Below are positions 10,733-19,737 of a stretch of 64,000 nucleotides of DNA, one piece after another. The number at the start of each line of letters is the position of its first letter. The stretch's first letter is position 1. A model generated the notes under the pieces. That model ran no database searches. It was not told where the DNA came from and saw only the letters and a program-made list of their open reading frames with translations. The stretch is from positions 192,001 through 256,000 of the forward strand of contig CAXNJO010000003.1 in NCBI GenBank assembly GCA_964202905.1, written 5' to 3'. The stretch is from Polyangiales bacterium (GTDB lineage Bacteria; Myxococcota_A; Polyangia; Polyangiales; JADJQN01). The translations under genes and the position numbers were made by a program.

Positions 10733-10822
10733 CGGAGGAGAGCAAGGGATTCGAACCCTTGGTACCCTTGCGGGCACTCTTGATTTCGAATCAAGCGCCT
10801 TCGACCACTCGGCCAGCTCTCC
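10733..10822 (-). tRNA. tRNA-Ser(CGA)
   Basis: GGAGAGCUGGCCGAGUGGUCGAAGGCG..., anticodon arm UUGAUUCGAAAUCAA, long variable arm; CCA not encoded. Confidence 0.95.
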
Positions 10823-10835
10823 GCATGAGCGCGCG

Positions 10836-10863
10836 ACGGTAGCAGAGCGCGCCACGCTGTCAA
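10836..10863 (-). promoter_or_regulatory. Sigma70-type promoter for tRNA-Ser(CGA)
   Basis: TTGACA (overlapping the tadA stop codon), 16-nt spacer, TACCGT, ~13 nt before the tRNA. Confidence 0.6.
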
Positions 10864-11333
10864 CGGCGTTCCGGGTCCCGCCGCGCCGCCCGAATCGCCG
10901 CGAAGAAGGCCGAGAGCTGCGCGCCGCACGCGTCCGCGAGAACGCCCGGTACGGCCTCGAAGACGTGGTTGAGGCGAGCATCCGTGCCGATGCCGTAGAG
11001 CGAGCGCACGGCCCCCGCCTTGGGGTCGTCGGCGCCCCACACCACGCGCGCGACGCGGGCGCTGACGAGGGCGCCGGCGCACATCGCGCACGGTTCGAGC
11101 GTCACGTAACAGGTGACGCCCTCGAGCCGCCAGGTCCCGAGCCGCGCCGCCGCCGCGCGCACCGCGATGTGTTCGGCGTGCGCCGTCGGGTCCTGCGCGC
11201 GCTCGCGCAGGTTGTAACCGCGCCCGACGACCACGCCCTCCCGCACGCACACCGCGCCGACCGGCACCTCGCCGAGCGCCTCAGCCCGCGCAGCCTCCGC
11301 GAGCGCGAGGCGCATGAAGTGCTCGTCGTCCAT
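10860..11333 (-). CDS. tadA: tRNA adenosine(34) deaminase
   Basis: FMRLALAEA, GEVPVGAV, DPTAHAEH, YVTLEPCAMCAGA, DPKAGA, LNH, FF motifs. Confidence 0.96.
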   Translation of the reverse strand: MDDEHFMRLALAEAARAEALGEVPVGAVCVREGVVVGRGYNLRERAQDPTAHAEHIAVRAAAARLGTWRLEGVTCYVTLEPCAMCAGALVSARVARVVWGADDPKAGAVRSLYGIGTDARLNHVFEAVPGVLADACGAQLSAFFAAIRAARRDPERR

Positions 11334-11406
11334 CGTGCCCATGCGTGTCGCTCGGAGCGCGTCTCGGCGCGTAGCTCGGGGGTGGAGGGAACACCGCCCT
11401 CATCGT

Positions 11407-11590
11407 GCAGCACGCGGGCTTACCACGAAGACATCCGGCGGTGACCGCGCCCGGCGGCGAGCGACATCGAGGGATGTCGGCCCCATCGCGTGCGGGTCCG
11501 CATCCACCGGACGTGCTCAGCGCTGGTGAGCTTCCCCGCCGACCGTCAGCGCATCGGACTTCGACTCGGGACTTCAACCGCAGGAACTGC
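11407..11590 (-). ncRNA. Candidate structured non-coding RNA, family unassigned
   Basis: Nested stems read by eye, with G-U wobbles only on the minus strand (see findings); no convincing ORF here. Confidence 0.45.
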
Positions 11591-11664
11591 TGACCCGGGG
11601 TCTGACGATCCGCGCGGGCTGCACTCCTGAGAGACTGCAACCCTTGCAGACTGAGCCCTCGGAA

Positions 11665-11750
11665 ATACTGCAGCCCCCAGAGATACTGCAGCCCCCAGAG
11701 ATACTGCGGCCCCCAGAGTTCTGCGGCCCCCAGAGATACTGCAACCCGGG
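11665..11750. repeat. 18-bp tandem repeat ATACTGCAGCCCCCAGAG x~4.7
   Basis: Units at 11665, 11683, 11701, 11719 (17 nt) and 11736 (partial). Confidence 0.88.
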
Positions 11751-11789
11751 GAACTGCGACCGAGACACCTGCAGCGAGGCGGAGCGTAG

Positions 11790-11863
11790 CGGGCCCAGGA
11801 AGATTCGAACTTCCGACACCTGGTTCCGTAGACCAGTGCTCTATCCAGCTGAGCTATGGGCCC
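11790..11863 (-). tRNA. tRNA-Arg(ACG)
   Basis: GGGCCCAUAGCUCAGCUGGAUAGAGCACUGGUCUACGGAACCAGGUGUCGGAAGUUCGAAUCUUCCUGGGCCCG. Confidence 0.96.
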
Positions 11864-11876
11864 TGAGAAGGCGCGT

Positions 11877-11904
11877 ATCGTAGCGGCCGATCCGACAATG
11901 TCAA
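11877..11904 (-). promoter_or_regulatory. Sigma70-type promoter for tRNA-Arg(ACG)
   Basis: TTGACA, 16-nt spacer, TACGAT in the 44-nt gap between tRNA-Ser(GCT) and tRNA-Arg. Confidence 0.65.
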
Positions 11905-11905
11905 C

Positions 11906-11995
<90 letters not shown>

Positions 11996-12012
11996 AGATG
12001 CGAGGGGCGCGA

Positions 12013-12041
12013 TGTGTAGCGAGCCTGCGACGGCCTGTCAA
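12013..12041 (-). promoter_or_regulatory. Possible sigma70 promoter for tRNA-Ser(GCT)
   Basis: TTGACA, 17-nt spacer, TACACA (imperfect -10). Confidence 0.45.
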
Positions 12042-12078
12042 TCTCGCGCGTGCACACGCGGCGTGCCACGGTCGCGCG

Positions 12079-12765
12079 ATGCCCTGCCCCGCCCCGCCGC
12101 GCCCCCTGCCAACCCGGCCCCCGGCGCCGCGACACGCCGCGATCCGCGGCCTCACGTTCGCCGCCGCCATGCTCGCCGCAGGCACGCTGGCCGCGCCCCG
12201 CGCAGCGCACGCGTGCACCTGCGAGCCCACCGATCCGCAGACGCGATACACCACCGCGGACGCGGTGTTCGAGGGGCGCGTCCGCGCGATCGCGCGGCTC
12301 GGCGATCCGGAGGTCGGGCCCGCCCGGCTCGCGGTGACCTTCGAGGTCGTGCAGACGTGGAAGGCGGCGGACGCGGAGCAGGTCGTCGTCACGACGCCCT
12401 CGGACGAGGCCGCCTGCGGGGTGCGCTTCGAGGTGGGGCGCTCCTGGCTCGTCTACGCGGCCAGCGATGCCACGGGCGCGCTCTCGACCGGCTCGTGCAG
12501 CGGCACGCAGACGCGCGAAGAGGCCGACGAGAACGTCGCGGCGCTCGGCGCCGGGGTCACGCCCGTCGAGGTGCAGGACGCGCCCGTGCGCGCGCGGGCC
12601 GCGGCGCCGGGTGCGGGCGGCTGCGCGAGCTGCACCGTGGCTGGCGCATCCCCGCTCTCGGGGGCGCCGCTCGCGCTCGGCCTCGTCGCCCTGCTGCGCG
12701 CTGCCCGGGGACGATCGCGTCGCCGTCCCCGAGCGCGCGCCGCGCGCGGCGCCGTCAGCCCTTGA
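12079..12765 (+). CDS. Secreted TIMP/netrin-like protein with MYXO-CTERM-like tail
   Basis: Signal peptide ending AHA, then CTC; ADAVFEGRV, CGVRFEVGRSWLVYA, TGSCSGT; tail GGCASC + hydrophobic helix + basic residues. Confidence 0.7.
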   Translation: MPCPAPPRPLPTRPPAPRHAAIRGLTFAAAMLAAGTLAAPRAAHACTCEPTDPQTRYTTADAVFEGRVRAIARLGDPEVGPARLAVTFEVVQTWKAADAEQVVVTTPSDEAACGVRFEVGRSWLVYAASDATGALSTGSCSGTQTREEADENVAALGAGVTPVEVQDAPVRARAAAPGAGGCASCTVAGASPLSGAPLALGLVALLRAARGRSRRRPRARAARGAVSP

Positions 12766-13663
12766 GGATCGCGATAGCGTCGCGGAGGAGCTTCGCGCCC
12801 TCGGCCTCCGGCCGCTGGAACGCGTTGCGCCCCATGATCGAGCCGTTGCCGCCGCCGTCCTTGATGGCGCGGATCTCGTCGAGCACCGCGTCGGTGCTCT
12901 TCGTCGCGCCGCCCGAGAAGATCACGATGCGCTTGCCGTCGAAGCACGCCTGCACGACGTGGCGCACGCGGTCGGCGAGCGTGTCGATCTTCACGGTGGC
13001 GTAGGCCTTCTTCGCCTCGGCCTGCTCCACGTGGGCCGTCGGCAACTTCACCTTCACGATGTGCGCGCCGAGCAGGCACGCGATGTGCGCGGAATAGGCG
13101 ACGACGTCGATGGCGAGCTCGCCGTCCTTCGAGAGCTTGCCGCCGCGCGGGTAGGCCCAGACGATCGTCGGCAAGCCCGCCTTGCGGGCCTCGTTCGTGA
13201 GGGCGCGGAGGTCGGCGTACGTCTCGTTCCGGCCGCCGGAGCCCGGGTAAATCGTGTAGCCGATCGCCGAACAGCCGAGGCGCAGCGCGTCGTCGACGGC
13301 GGAGGTGATCGCCGACTGCGGCTCAGCGGGGCCGCCCAGCGAGTCGCTGTTGTTCACCTTGAGAATGAGCGGGATGGCGCCCGCGTACTCGCGCGCGATC
13401 GCCTCGAGCGATCCGAGGGGTGCGGCGTAGGCGTTGCATCCCGCGTCGACGGCGAGCTGGGGGAAGTAGCGCGGGTCGTAGCCCGCGGGGTTCGCGGAGA
13501 AACTCCGCGCGGGGCCGTGCTCGAAGCCCTGATCGACGGGCAGGATGACGAGCTTGCCCGTGCCGGCCAGCGTGCCCGCGCCGAGCATGCGCCGGAGGTT
13601 GCCGAGGACGCCGGGGGACTCCGACGCGTAATTCGCAAGGATCCGTTCGACCGCTTCGCTCAT
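12755..13663 (-). CDS. fbaB: Class I fructose-bisphosphate aldolase
   Basis: LAGTGKLVILPVDQGFEHGP, AIGYTIYPGS, WAYPRG, IVKVK, IFSGG, GSIMGRNAFQRP. Confidence 0.94.
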   Translation of the reverse strand: MSEAVERILANYASESPGVLGNLRRMLGAGTLAGTGKLVILPVDQGFEHGPARSFSANPAGYDPRYFPQLAVDAGCNAYAAPLGSLEAIAREYAGAIPLILKVNNSDSLGGPAEPQSAITSAVDDALRLGCSAIGYTIYPGSGGRNETYADLRALTNEARKAGLPTIVWAYPRGGKLSKDGELAIDVVAYSAHIACLLGAHIVKVKLPTAHVEQAEAKKAYATVKIDTLADRVRHVVQACFDGKRIVIFSGGATKSTDAVLDEIRAIKDGGGNGSIMGRNAFQRPEAEGAKLLRDAIAILKG

Positions 13664-13760
13664 GTTCGCCTCCGCCCGACGGGCCGGACAGCGCAGGAGG
13701 GCGCGGCCGCCGCGGGCGCGCGAGGATAGCGGGAAGGCGAGCGCACCGCACCCGCGTTCG

Positions 13761-13997
13761 TCAGAGCCCGCCGGAGCGCTTCTTCTGCTGCTCGAAGGCC
13801 TGCGCGATCTGGGCGCGGATCTCGTGGCGCAGCACCACGCCGGAGGGCGGACGCGCGCCTTCGTCGATCCCCGTACGCACGCCAGCCCAGCCGCACGCAC
13901 AGCGCCAGAGCAAAGTCACGCCGTCATCGCCCTCAAGCCGCTCGACGGCGAGGCCTTCGGCACAACGGGGACAGGTCCTCGACTCGTCTTGGTTCAT
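13761..13997 (-). CDS. Small zinc-ribbon hypothetical protein (78 aa)
   Basis: MNQDESRTCPRC...LLWRCACGWAG (CxxC...CxC). Confidence 0.55.
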   Translation of the reverse strand: MNQDESRTCPRCAEGLAVERLEGDDGVTLLWRCACGWAGVRTGIDEGARPPSGVVLRHEIRAQIAQAFEQQKKRSGGL

Positions 13998-14072
13998 CGC
14001 GCAGCGCCAGCAGTATAGCGAGGATGCATCGAGCGGCTCCGGAAAATTCGTCGGGCGTCGCGCGCGTTCGGG

Positions 14073-14159
14073 CGGAGGAGAAGGGATTCGAACCCCTGGT
14101 GGAGTTACCCCCACGGCGGTTTTCAAAACCGCTGCCTTAGACCACTCGGCCACTCCTCC
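14073..14159 (-). tRNA. tRNA-Ser(TGA)
   Basis: GGAGGAGUGGCCGAGUGGUCUAAGGC..., anticodon arm GCGGUUUUGAAAACCGC, long variable arm. Confidence 0.94.
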
Positions 14160-14242
14160 TGCGGAGGGGGACGCGTATACCACGAAGCACGTCCTGCGCG
14201 GTTGGCCTTCGCCGCGCGGCGAGCGCGGGATAGACTGGCCGC

Positions 14243-15031
14243 GTGTCGCCGCCCCTCCGCGCCCTGCTCGGCCTCGCGCTCGGCCTCGCGTTCACGGGCT
14301 GCATACCCGATCGCGCGGGCACCGCGCGCGCGGTCGGGGATGGCGGCGTCCGCGCCCACGACGGAGGCACGCGCGACGCCGCACCGCCGTCGGACGCGAC
14401 GGCCGGGACGGACGCGGACGCTCCGGGAGACGCGGGGGACGACGACGGAGACGCCGGCGCACCGCCCCTCGACGCGGGGCCGCCGCCGGAGGTCGCGTTC
14501 GAGGTCCGCCTCGACGGGACCTCCTGCCCCGCGCTCACGCCCTGCGGCGGCACGCTGGACGAGACGCGCTGGGAGCTGACCGGCGGCTGCGTCGCGTTCC
14601 CGCAGGTCAACGAACTCCGGCGTGCGTGCGCAAGCGCGACGGTCTCGGGGACGGGAACCGCCCGCGGACGCGTCACGTTCTCCGGCGGCACGATGCGGCG
14701 CGAGCTCTCGGCGACCTGGCGCGGCGCCGTGTCGGTGCCGAGGGGTTGCGCCGCCTTCGTCGGCGGATGCGACGGCGTGGCGAACACGGTCCGCGTCAAC
14801 GTCCCCGGCGCGACGGTGAGCTGCCCCGCAGACGCTGCCGGTGACTGCGCATGCACCGTGACCGTGTCGCCACCGCTCGACGACACAGCGCCCTACCGCG
14901 TCGAGGGCGAGCAGTTCGTCACCGACGCCCCGGCACGCCGCTGGAGCTTCTGCGTCACGGGCGACGCGCTGCGGTACGCGGGGGCGAGCGGCGCCGTCGA
15001 GCCGGGAACCTTCGCGTTCCGTCGGCTCTGA
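14243..15031 (+). CDS. Hypothetical lipoprotein
   Basis: Lipobox FTGC, acidic DAG linker, Cys-containing beta-rich domain (PCGG..W....C). Confidence 0.7.
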   Translation: MSPPLRALLGLALGLAFTGCIPDRAGTARAVGDGGVRAHDGGTRDAAPPSDATAGTDADAPGDAGDDDGDAGAPPLDAGPPPEVAFEVRLDGTSCPALTPCGGTLDETRWELTGGCVAFPQVNELRRACASATVSGTGTARGRVTFSGGTMRRELSATWRGAVSVPRGCAAFVGGCDGVANTVRVNVPGATVSCPADAAGDCACTVTVSPPLDDTAPYRVEGEQFVTDAPARRWSFCVTGDALRYAGASGAVEPGTFAFRRL

Positions 15032-15067
15032 CGCGCGAGTTGGCAGCGCGCGGAGCCGCATGTTTCA

Positions 15068-16054
15068 ATGACGCGCGTGATCTTCCGCCGGCCGCTCAGC
15101 GCCCTCCCCGGCGCCCTCCTCGCGCTCGTGCTCGCAGCCTGTGCGAACGGCGGAACGCCCGACCCCGGCGTCCGCGAGGTCGACTCCGGCGAGGGCCCCG
15201 ACCTCGGCGACCCGCCCCCCGAGGACGCTGCGGCGCCCGACTGCGTGCCTGCGTGCGCCGTCGGCCAGCTCTGCCGACTCGGCACCTGCATCGACCCGGT
15301 GGCCGACGCCGACGGTGACGGCGTGCCCTCCGCGGAGGACTGCGACGACTCCGCGCCGACCATCGGACGGAGCGGCGATCGCTCGTGCACGTCGGTGTGC
15401 GGCGTCGGCGTCGAGCGCTGCACGAACGGCGTGTGGGGCGCGTGCTCCGCGCCGAGCCGCTGCGACTGCACCGATGGCGATGCGCCCCGCGACGTCCCCT
15501 GCGGCTTCTGCGGCACGCAACAGCAGCTCTGCCTCGGCGGCACGTGGATGAACGCGGGCGGCTGCAGCGCGAGCGGCGAGTGCGCGGCGGACAGCGTCGA
15601 ATCGGGCGGCGCCTGCGGCCGCTGCGGGACGCGCATGCGCGCCTGCGACACGGCGTGCGCGTGGGGCGCGGAGACGTGCGTCGGCGAGGGCGAGTGCGTG
15701 GCGGGGACGACCGAGACCGACACGGAGCCCTGCGGCTGCGGCACGCGCACGCGGACGCGCACCTGTTCGGCGAGCTGCGGCTGGGGCGCGTGGAGCGCGT
15801 TCGGCGCCTGCTCGGCCGCGGGCGACTGCGTGCCCGGCGCAACACGTCAAGGTACTTGCGATATGTGCTCGCAAGAGGTCTGCACGAGCAGCTGTACGTG
15901 GTCGGGCACCTGCGCGCTGCGTGCGGGCAACGCGTGCGACTACGAGTCGGGCACCAACTTCCGCGCGTGCGCGGGGGGCACCTGCTCGACGTCGCGCTGC
16001 TGGCAGTTCTGCGCGACGTCCTGCCAGTACTACAGCTGTCAGAACCGTCCCTGA
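15068..16054 (+). CDS. Cys-rich lipoprotein (thrombospondin-like W/C repeats)
   Basis: Lipobox LAAC; DADGDG..DCDD motif; repeated CG.CGTR.R.C...C.WG.W..C. Confidence 0.75.
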   Translation: MTRVIFRRPLSALPGALLALVLAACANGGTPDPGVREVDSGEGPDLGDPPPEDAAAPDCVPACAVGQLCRLGTCIDPVADADGDGVPSAEDCDDSAPTIGRSGDRSCTSVCGVGVERCTNGVWGACSAPSRCDCTDGDAPRDVPCGFCGTQQQLCLGGTWMNAGGCSASGECAADSVESGGACGRCGTRMRACDTACAWGAETCVGEGECVAGTTETDTEPCGCGTRTRTRTCSASCGWGAWSAFGACSAAGDCVPGATRQGTCDMCSQEVCTSSCTWSGTCALRAGNACDYESGTNFRACAGGTCSTSRCWQFCATSCQYYSCQNRP

Positions 16055-16124
16055 GCGCGGCAAGCGCGCGTTATCCTCCGCACGCAGCGCCCCGGCTGGG
16101 GCGCCGACGCACGAGGAGACCGCG

Positions 16125-17903
16125 ATGCCCGCAGACACCATCCCGCTGCGCCTGATCGAACAGGCGCGCAAACTCGGCGACGCCCCCGCACTCTGCGAGA
16201 AGCGCGGCGGCCTCTGGCACGCGCGCTCGTGGCGCGAGTACGGCGAGCTCGTGCGCCAGGCGAGCCGCGCGCTCATCGCGCTCGGCTGCGCGCCGGGGAG
16301 CACCGTGTCGATCCTCGGGTTCAACCGGCTCGAATGGGTCGTGATGGACGTCGCCTGCATGAGCATCGGCGGCGCGCCCGCGGGCATCTACACGACGTGT
16401 TCGCCGAGCGAGGTGCAGTACATCGTGCACCACGCCGAGTCGCCGGTCGTGCTGGTCGAGAACCTCGAGCAGTGGCGCAAGATCGAGAAGGAGCGCGCGA
16501 ATCTCCCGCTCCTCCGGCACGTCGTCACGATGCGCGATTGCCCGCCGATCGACGATCCGATCGTGCTCTCGTGGGACGATTTTCTCGCGCGCGGGGACGC
16601 CGCGAGCGACGCCGATTACCGCGCACGCGTGCACGCGCTCGAGCCCGGCGCGCTCGCGACGCTCATCTACACCTCGGGCACCACGGGGCCGCCGAAGGGC
16701 GTGATGCTCTCGCACCGCAATCTCACCTTCACGGCCGACACCGCGCTCTCGCTCACGGACTCGACGGCACAGGACGTCGCGCTCAGCTACCTGCCGCTCT
16801 CGCACATCGCCGAGCAGATGTTCTCCGTGCACGGGCCGATCACCGCCGGCCTGAAACTCTACTTCGCCGAGTCGATCGAGCGCGTGCCCGAGAACCTCAA
16901 GGAGGTGCGGCCGACGGTGCTCTTCGCGGTCCCGCGGATCTGGGAGAAGTTCCACGCGGGCATCTCCGGCAAGCTCGCCGAGGCACGCGGCCCGAAGGCG
17001 CGCATCGCCGCCTGGGCGCGCTCGGTCGGCACGCGCGTGAGCGCCCGGAAGTCGAAGGGCGAGCCGCTGCCGCGCGCGCTCGCGCTCGAGTACGCGCTCG
17101 CCGACAAGCTCGTGTTCGCGAAGCTGAAGGCCGCGCTCGGCCTCGATCGGGCGCGGGTCTGCGTGAGCGGCGCGGCGCCCGTCGCGCGCGAGGTGCTCGA
17201 GTTCATGGCGAGCCTCGACATCCTCGTGAGCGAGGTCTACGGGCAGTCGGAGGACACCGGTCCGACGACCTTCAACCGCCCCGGCGCCATCCGCTTCGGC
17301 ACCGTCGGGACGCGCGTCCCCGGCGTCGAGGTGCGGATCGCGGACGACGGCGAGATCCTCGTGCGCGGGCAAAACGTCTTCCTCGGCTACTACAAGGAGC
17401 CCGAAGCGACGGCCGAGACGCTCGTCGATGGCTGGCTGCGCTCGGGCGATCTGGGCGCCTTCGACGCCGATGGCTTTCTCACGATCACCGGCCGCAAGAA
17501 GGAGATCCTCATCACCGCGGGCGGCAAGAACATCGCCCCGAAGAACCTCGAGGCCGCGCTCAAGAATCACCCGCTCGTGAGCGAGGCCGTGATCATCGGC
17601 GACCGGCGCAAGTACCTGACCGCGCTCGTCACGCTCGATCCGGAGGCGCTCGCGACGCTCTGTGCGGAGCGGGGTCTCGACCCAGCGACCGCGCACGCGG
17701 CGCCGAGCGTGCGCGCCGCAATCCAGGGCGCCGTCGACCGCATGAACGAAGAACTCGCGCGCGTCGAGCAGGTGAAGAAGTTCACCGTGCTGCCGCGCAA
17801 CTTCAGCGTGCAGGACGGCGAGCTGACCCCGACGCTCAAGGTGAAGCGCAAGATCGTGTACGCGCACTTCGCCACCGAGATCGAGGCGATGTACGTCGAC
17901 TGA
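16125..17903 (+). CDS. Long-chain fatty acid-CoA ligase (FadD15-like)
   Basis: IYTSGTTGPPKGVMLSH, SYLPLSHIAE, YGQSE, SGDLG, GRKKE, ELTPTLKVKR; AGGAG RBS. Confidence 0.93.
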   Translation: MPADTIPLRLIEQARKLGDAPALCEKRGGLWHARSWREYGELVRQASRALIALGCAPGSTVSILGFNRLEWVVMDVACMSIGGAPAGIYTTCSPSEVQYIVHHAESPVVLVENLEQWRKIEKERANLPLLRHVVTMRDCPPIDDPIVLSWDDFLARGDAASDADYRARVHALEPGALATLIYTSGTTGPPKGVMLSHRNLTFTADTALSLTDSTAQDVALSYLPLSHIAEQMFSVHGPITAGLKLYFAESIERVPENLKEVRPTVLFAVPRIWEKFHAGISGKLAEARGPKARIAAWARSVGTRVSARKSKGEPLPRALALEYALADKLVFAKLKAALGLDRARVCVSGAAPVAREVLEFMASLDILVSEVYGQSEDTGPTTFNRPGAIRFGTVGTRVPGVEVRIADDGEILVRGQNVFLGYYKEPEATAETLVDGWLRSGDLGAFDADGFLTITGRKKEILITAGGKNIAPKNLEAALKNHPLVSEAVIIGDRRKYLTALVTLDPEALATLCAERGLDPATAHAAPSVRAAIQGAVDRMNEELARVEQVKKFTVLPRNFSVQDGELTPTLKVKRKIVYAHFATEIEAMYVD

Positions 17904-17971
17904 GCGGCGCGTCGTCTCGATGTGACTTTGCTCGCGCGGCGCGCAGGATGGCGCGGATAGTCTCTTTCCGC

Positions 17972-18939
17972 ATGCGCACTCTGCCCCGCCCCACGCTGCC
18001 CGGACACGCCGCTCTCGGCCTCGCCGCCACCCTCGCCTGCACCGCGTGCGCGGGCGAGGACCCGGCTCCGCCGGGCCCCGGCGTGACGATCAGCGACCGC
18101 GCGATCACGGCATCGACGGGCACCTTCCGCGTGCCCGGGGGCGCGGACCTCTTCGAGTGCTTCTACACGAGCACGATCACGGACCGCGAGCTCGCGACGC
18201 GCGGCGCGATGGCCGTGCAGGGCGAGGGCGGCCACCACCTCGCGCTCTACTACACGATGGCGCACATGCCGCCGCAGCATCACCCCTGCGACGACGCGGA
18301 GATGGCGAACTGGAACATCGTCGCGGTGGCCGGCAGCGAGGCGGGCGGCGGCGACGACCAGACGCTCCCCGAGGGCCTCGCGACGCGCATCCCGCCGGGC
18401 GCGCAGCTCGTCATCCAGGCGCACTACATCAACGCGCGAGCCGGAGGAGCTCGCGGTCGCGGACGTGCTCGACGTCGAGGTCGTCGACCCCTCGACCGTC
18501 ACGGCGTACGCGAACCAGTTCGTGCTGAACCACGAGGGCTTCGACGTCGCCGCGCGCTCACGCGTCGAGGCGACGTACGTGTGCCGCGCGCCGCAGGACC
18601 TGCAGATCGCGATGTTCATGGGGCACATGCACCAGAGCGGCGTGCACTTCCGCCTCGAGCGGCTGCCCGAGACGGGCGACGTCGGCGAGGTGATGTACGA
18701 GCACGACTGGGAGTCGGCCTACGTCTCGCATCCGCCCGTCGTGAAGTACACGATGGACGCGCCGCTCGCGATCCCCGTCGGGGACGCGCTTCCGCCAGCG
18801 CTGCCTCTGGGACAACACCAGCGACACGCCGCTCGCGTTCCCCACCGAGATGTGCATCACCGCGATGTGGTACTTCCCCGACACCGGCAGCGGGCAGATC
18901 TTCTGCGAGCGCGAGAGCGCCTCGCAGACGACGCTCTGA
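17972..18939 (+). CDS. Copper type II (PHM/dopamine beta-monooxygenase-like) lipoprotein, two frameshifts
   Basis: Three joined frames: GGHHLALY...IQAHYIN / FMGHMHQSG...YEHDW / RQRCLWDNTS...FPTEMCIT. Shifts near 18440 and 18790. Confidence 0.72.
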
Positions 18940-19055
18940 CCGCCGCGGACGCCCCGCATCGCTCGCCCAAACAAGGCGGCCCGCGCCATCGCTGAATGCT
19001 GATTCAGCGCGCGCGTGTCTATCGTCGCCGTCAGGAGTGAAACCGGGCGCGGGGC

Positions 19056-19563
19056 TCAGCCGGCGTCGTCGCTCACGCTCGCGTCGTCGATCAGGCCCGC
19101 GTCGTCGCTCACGCTCGCGTCGTCGATCAGGCCCGCGTCGTCGCTCACGCTCGCGTCGTCGATCAGGCCCGCGTCGTCGCTCACGCCGGCGTCGGGCTCC
19201 GGGTCGAGGCAGCGCGTCGGCACACACGACTTGCCGCGCGCGTCACCGAAACAGCGCGCCTCGCTACCGCACTGGTCGTCGCGTTCGCAGAGGCGTGTGC
19301 ACCACCACTGGTTCTCGGCGGGCGCGGCCGAGGCGAGGCAGAGGCCCGCGAGCGGGAACGCGCGGCACTCGCGGCCGCTCGGCGTGCAGAAGGTGCCGAC
19401 GCCGTTCTCGTTGCCGACGTCGCCGGGCTGCGCGCACGACTCGGGCGGGACGGCGAGGGGCGCGTCGACGCCGAGATCCACGGCGGGGGCCGCGTCGTCG
19501 TCGCCGCAGGCGGCAGAGGGCGGAGAGGGCGTGCAGGAGCAGGCAGGCGAAGCGGTGGCGCAT
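19056..19563 (-). CDS. Small Cys-rich lipoprotein with acidic repeat tail; frameshift near 19515
   Basis: MRHRFACLLLHALSAL joins AACGDDDAAPAVDLG after a 1-nt shift; GNENGVGTFC...WCTRLC. Confidence 0.6.
19063..19186. repeat. Perfect 36-bp coding tandem repeat x3.4 (SDDAGLIDDASV)
   Basis: Identical units at 19063, 19099 and 19135, partial at 19171. Confidence 0.92.
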
Positions 19564-19737
19564 GGCGCCGCGATCTATCACGCAAGCAGCGCCGCACCCC
19601 AAGATCGCGGCGCGGCCGCCAGACGTGAGCGCACTCACTGGTTTCGACGCGCGCGCGCGCCTGCACTCATTTTGAACCGCGCTTCATCCGGGCTAACCTG
19701 CGCAACGTCGCGCCGTCTGCGGCCCCCTGGAGTCTCC

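Noticed and set aside
11370..11600. tmRNA or RNase P RNA
   Set aside because: No T-arm/CCA acceptor mimic or GAGGAAAGUCC signature, and it is too short; kept only as an unassigned RNA.
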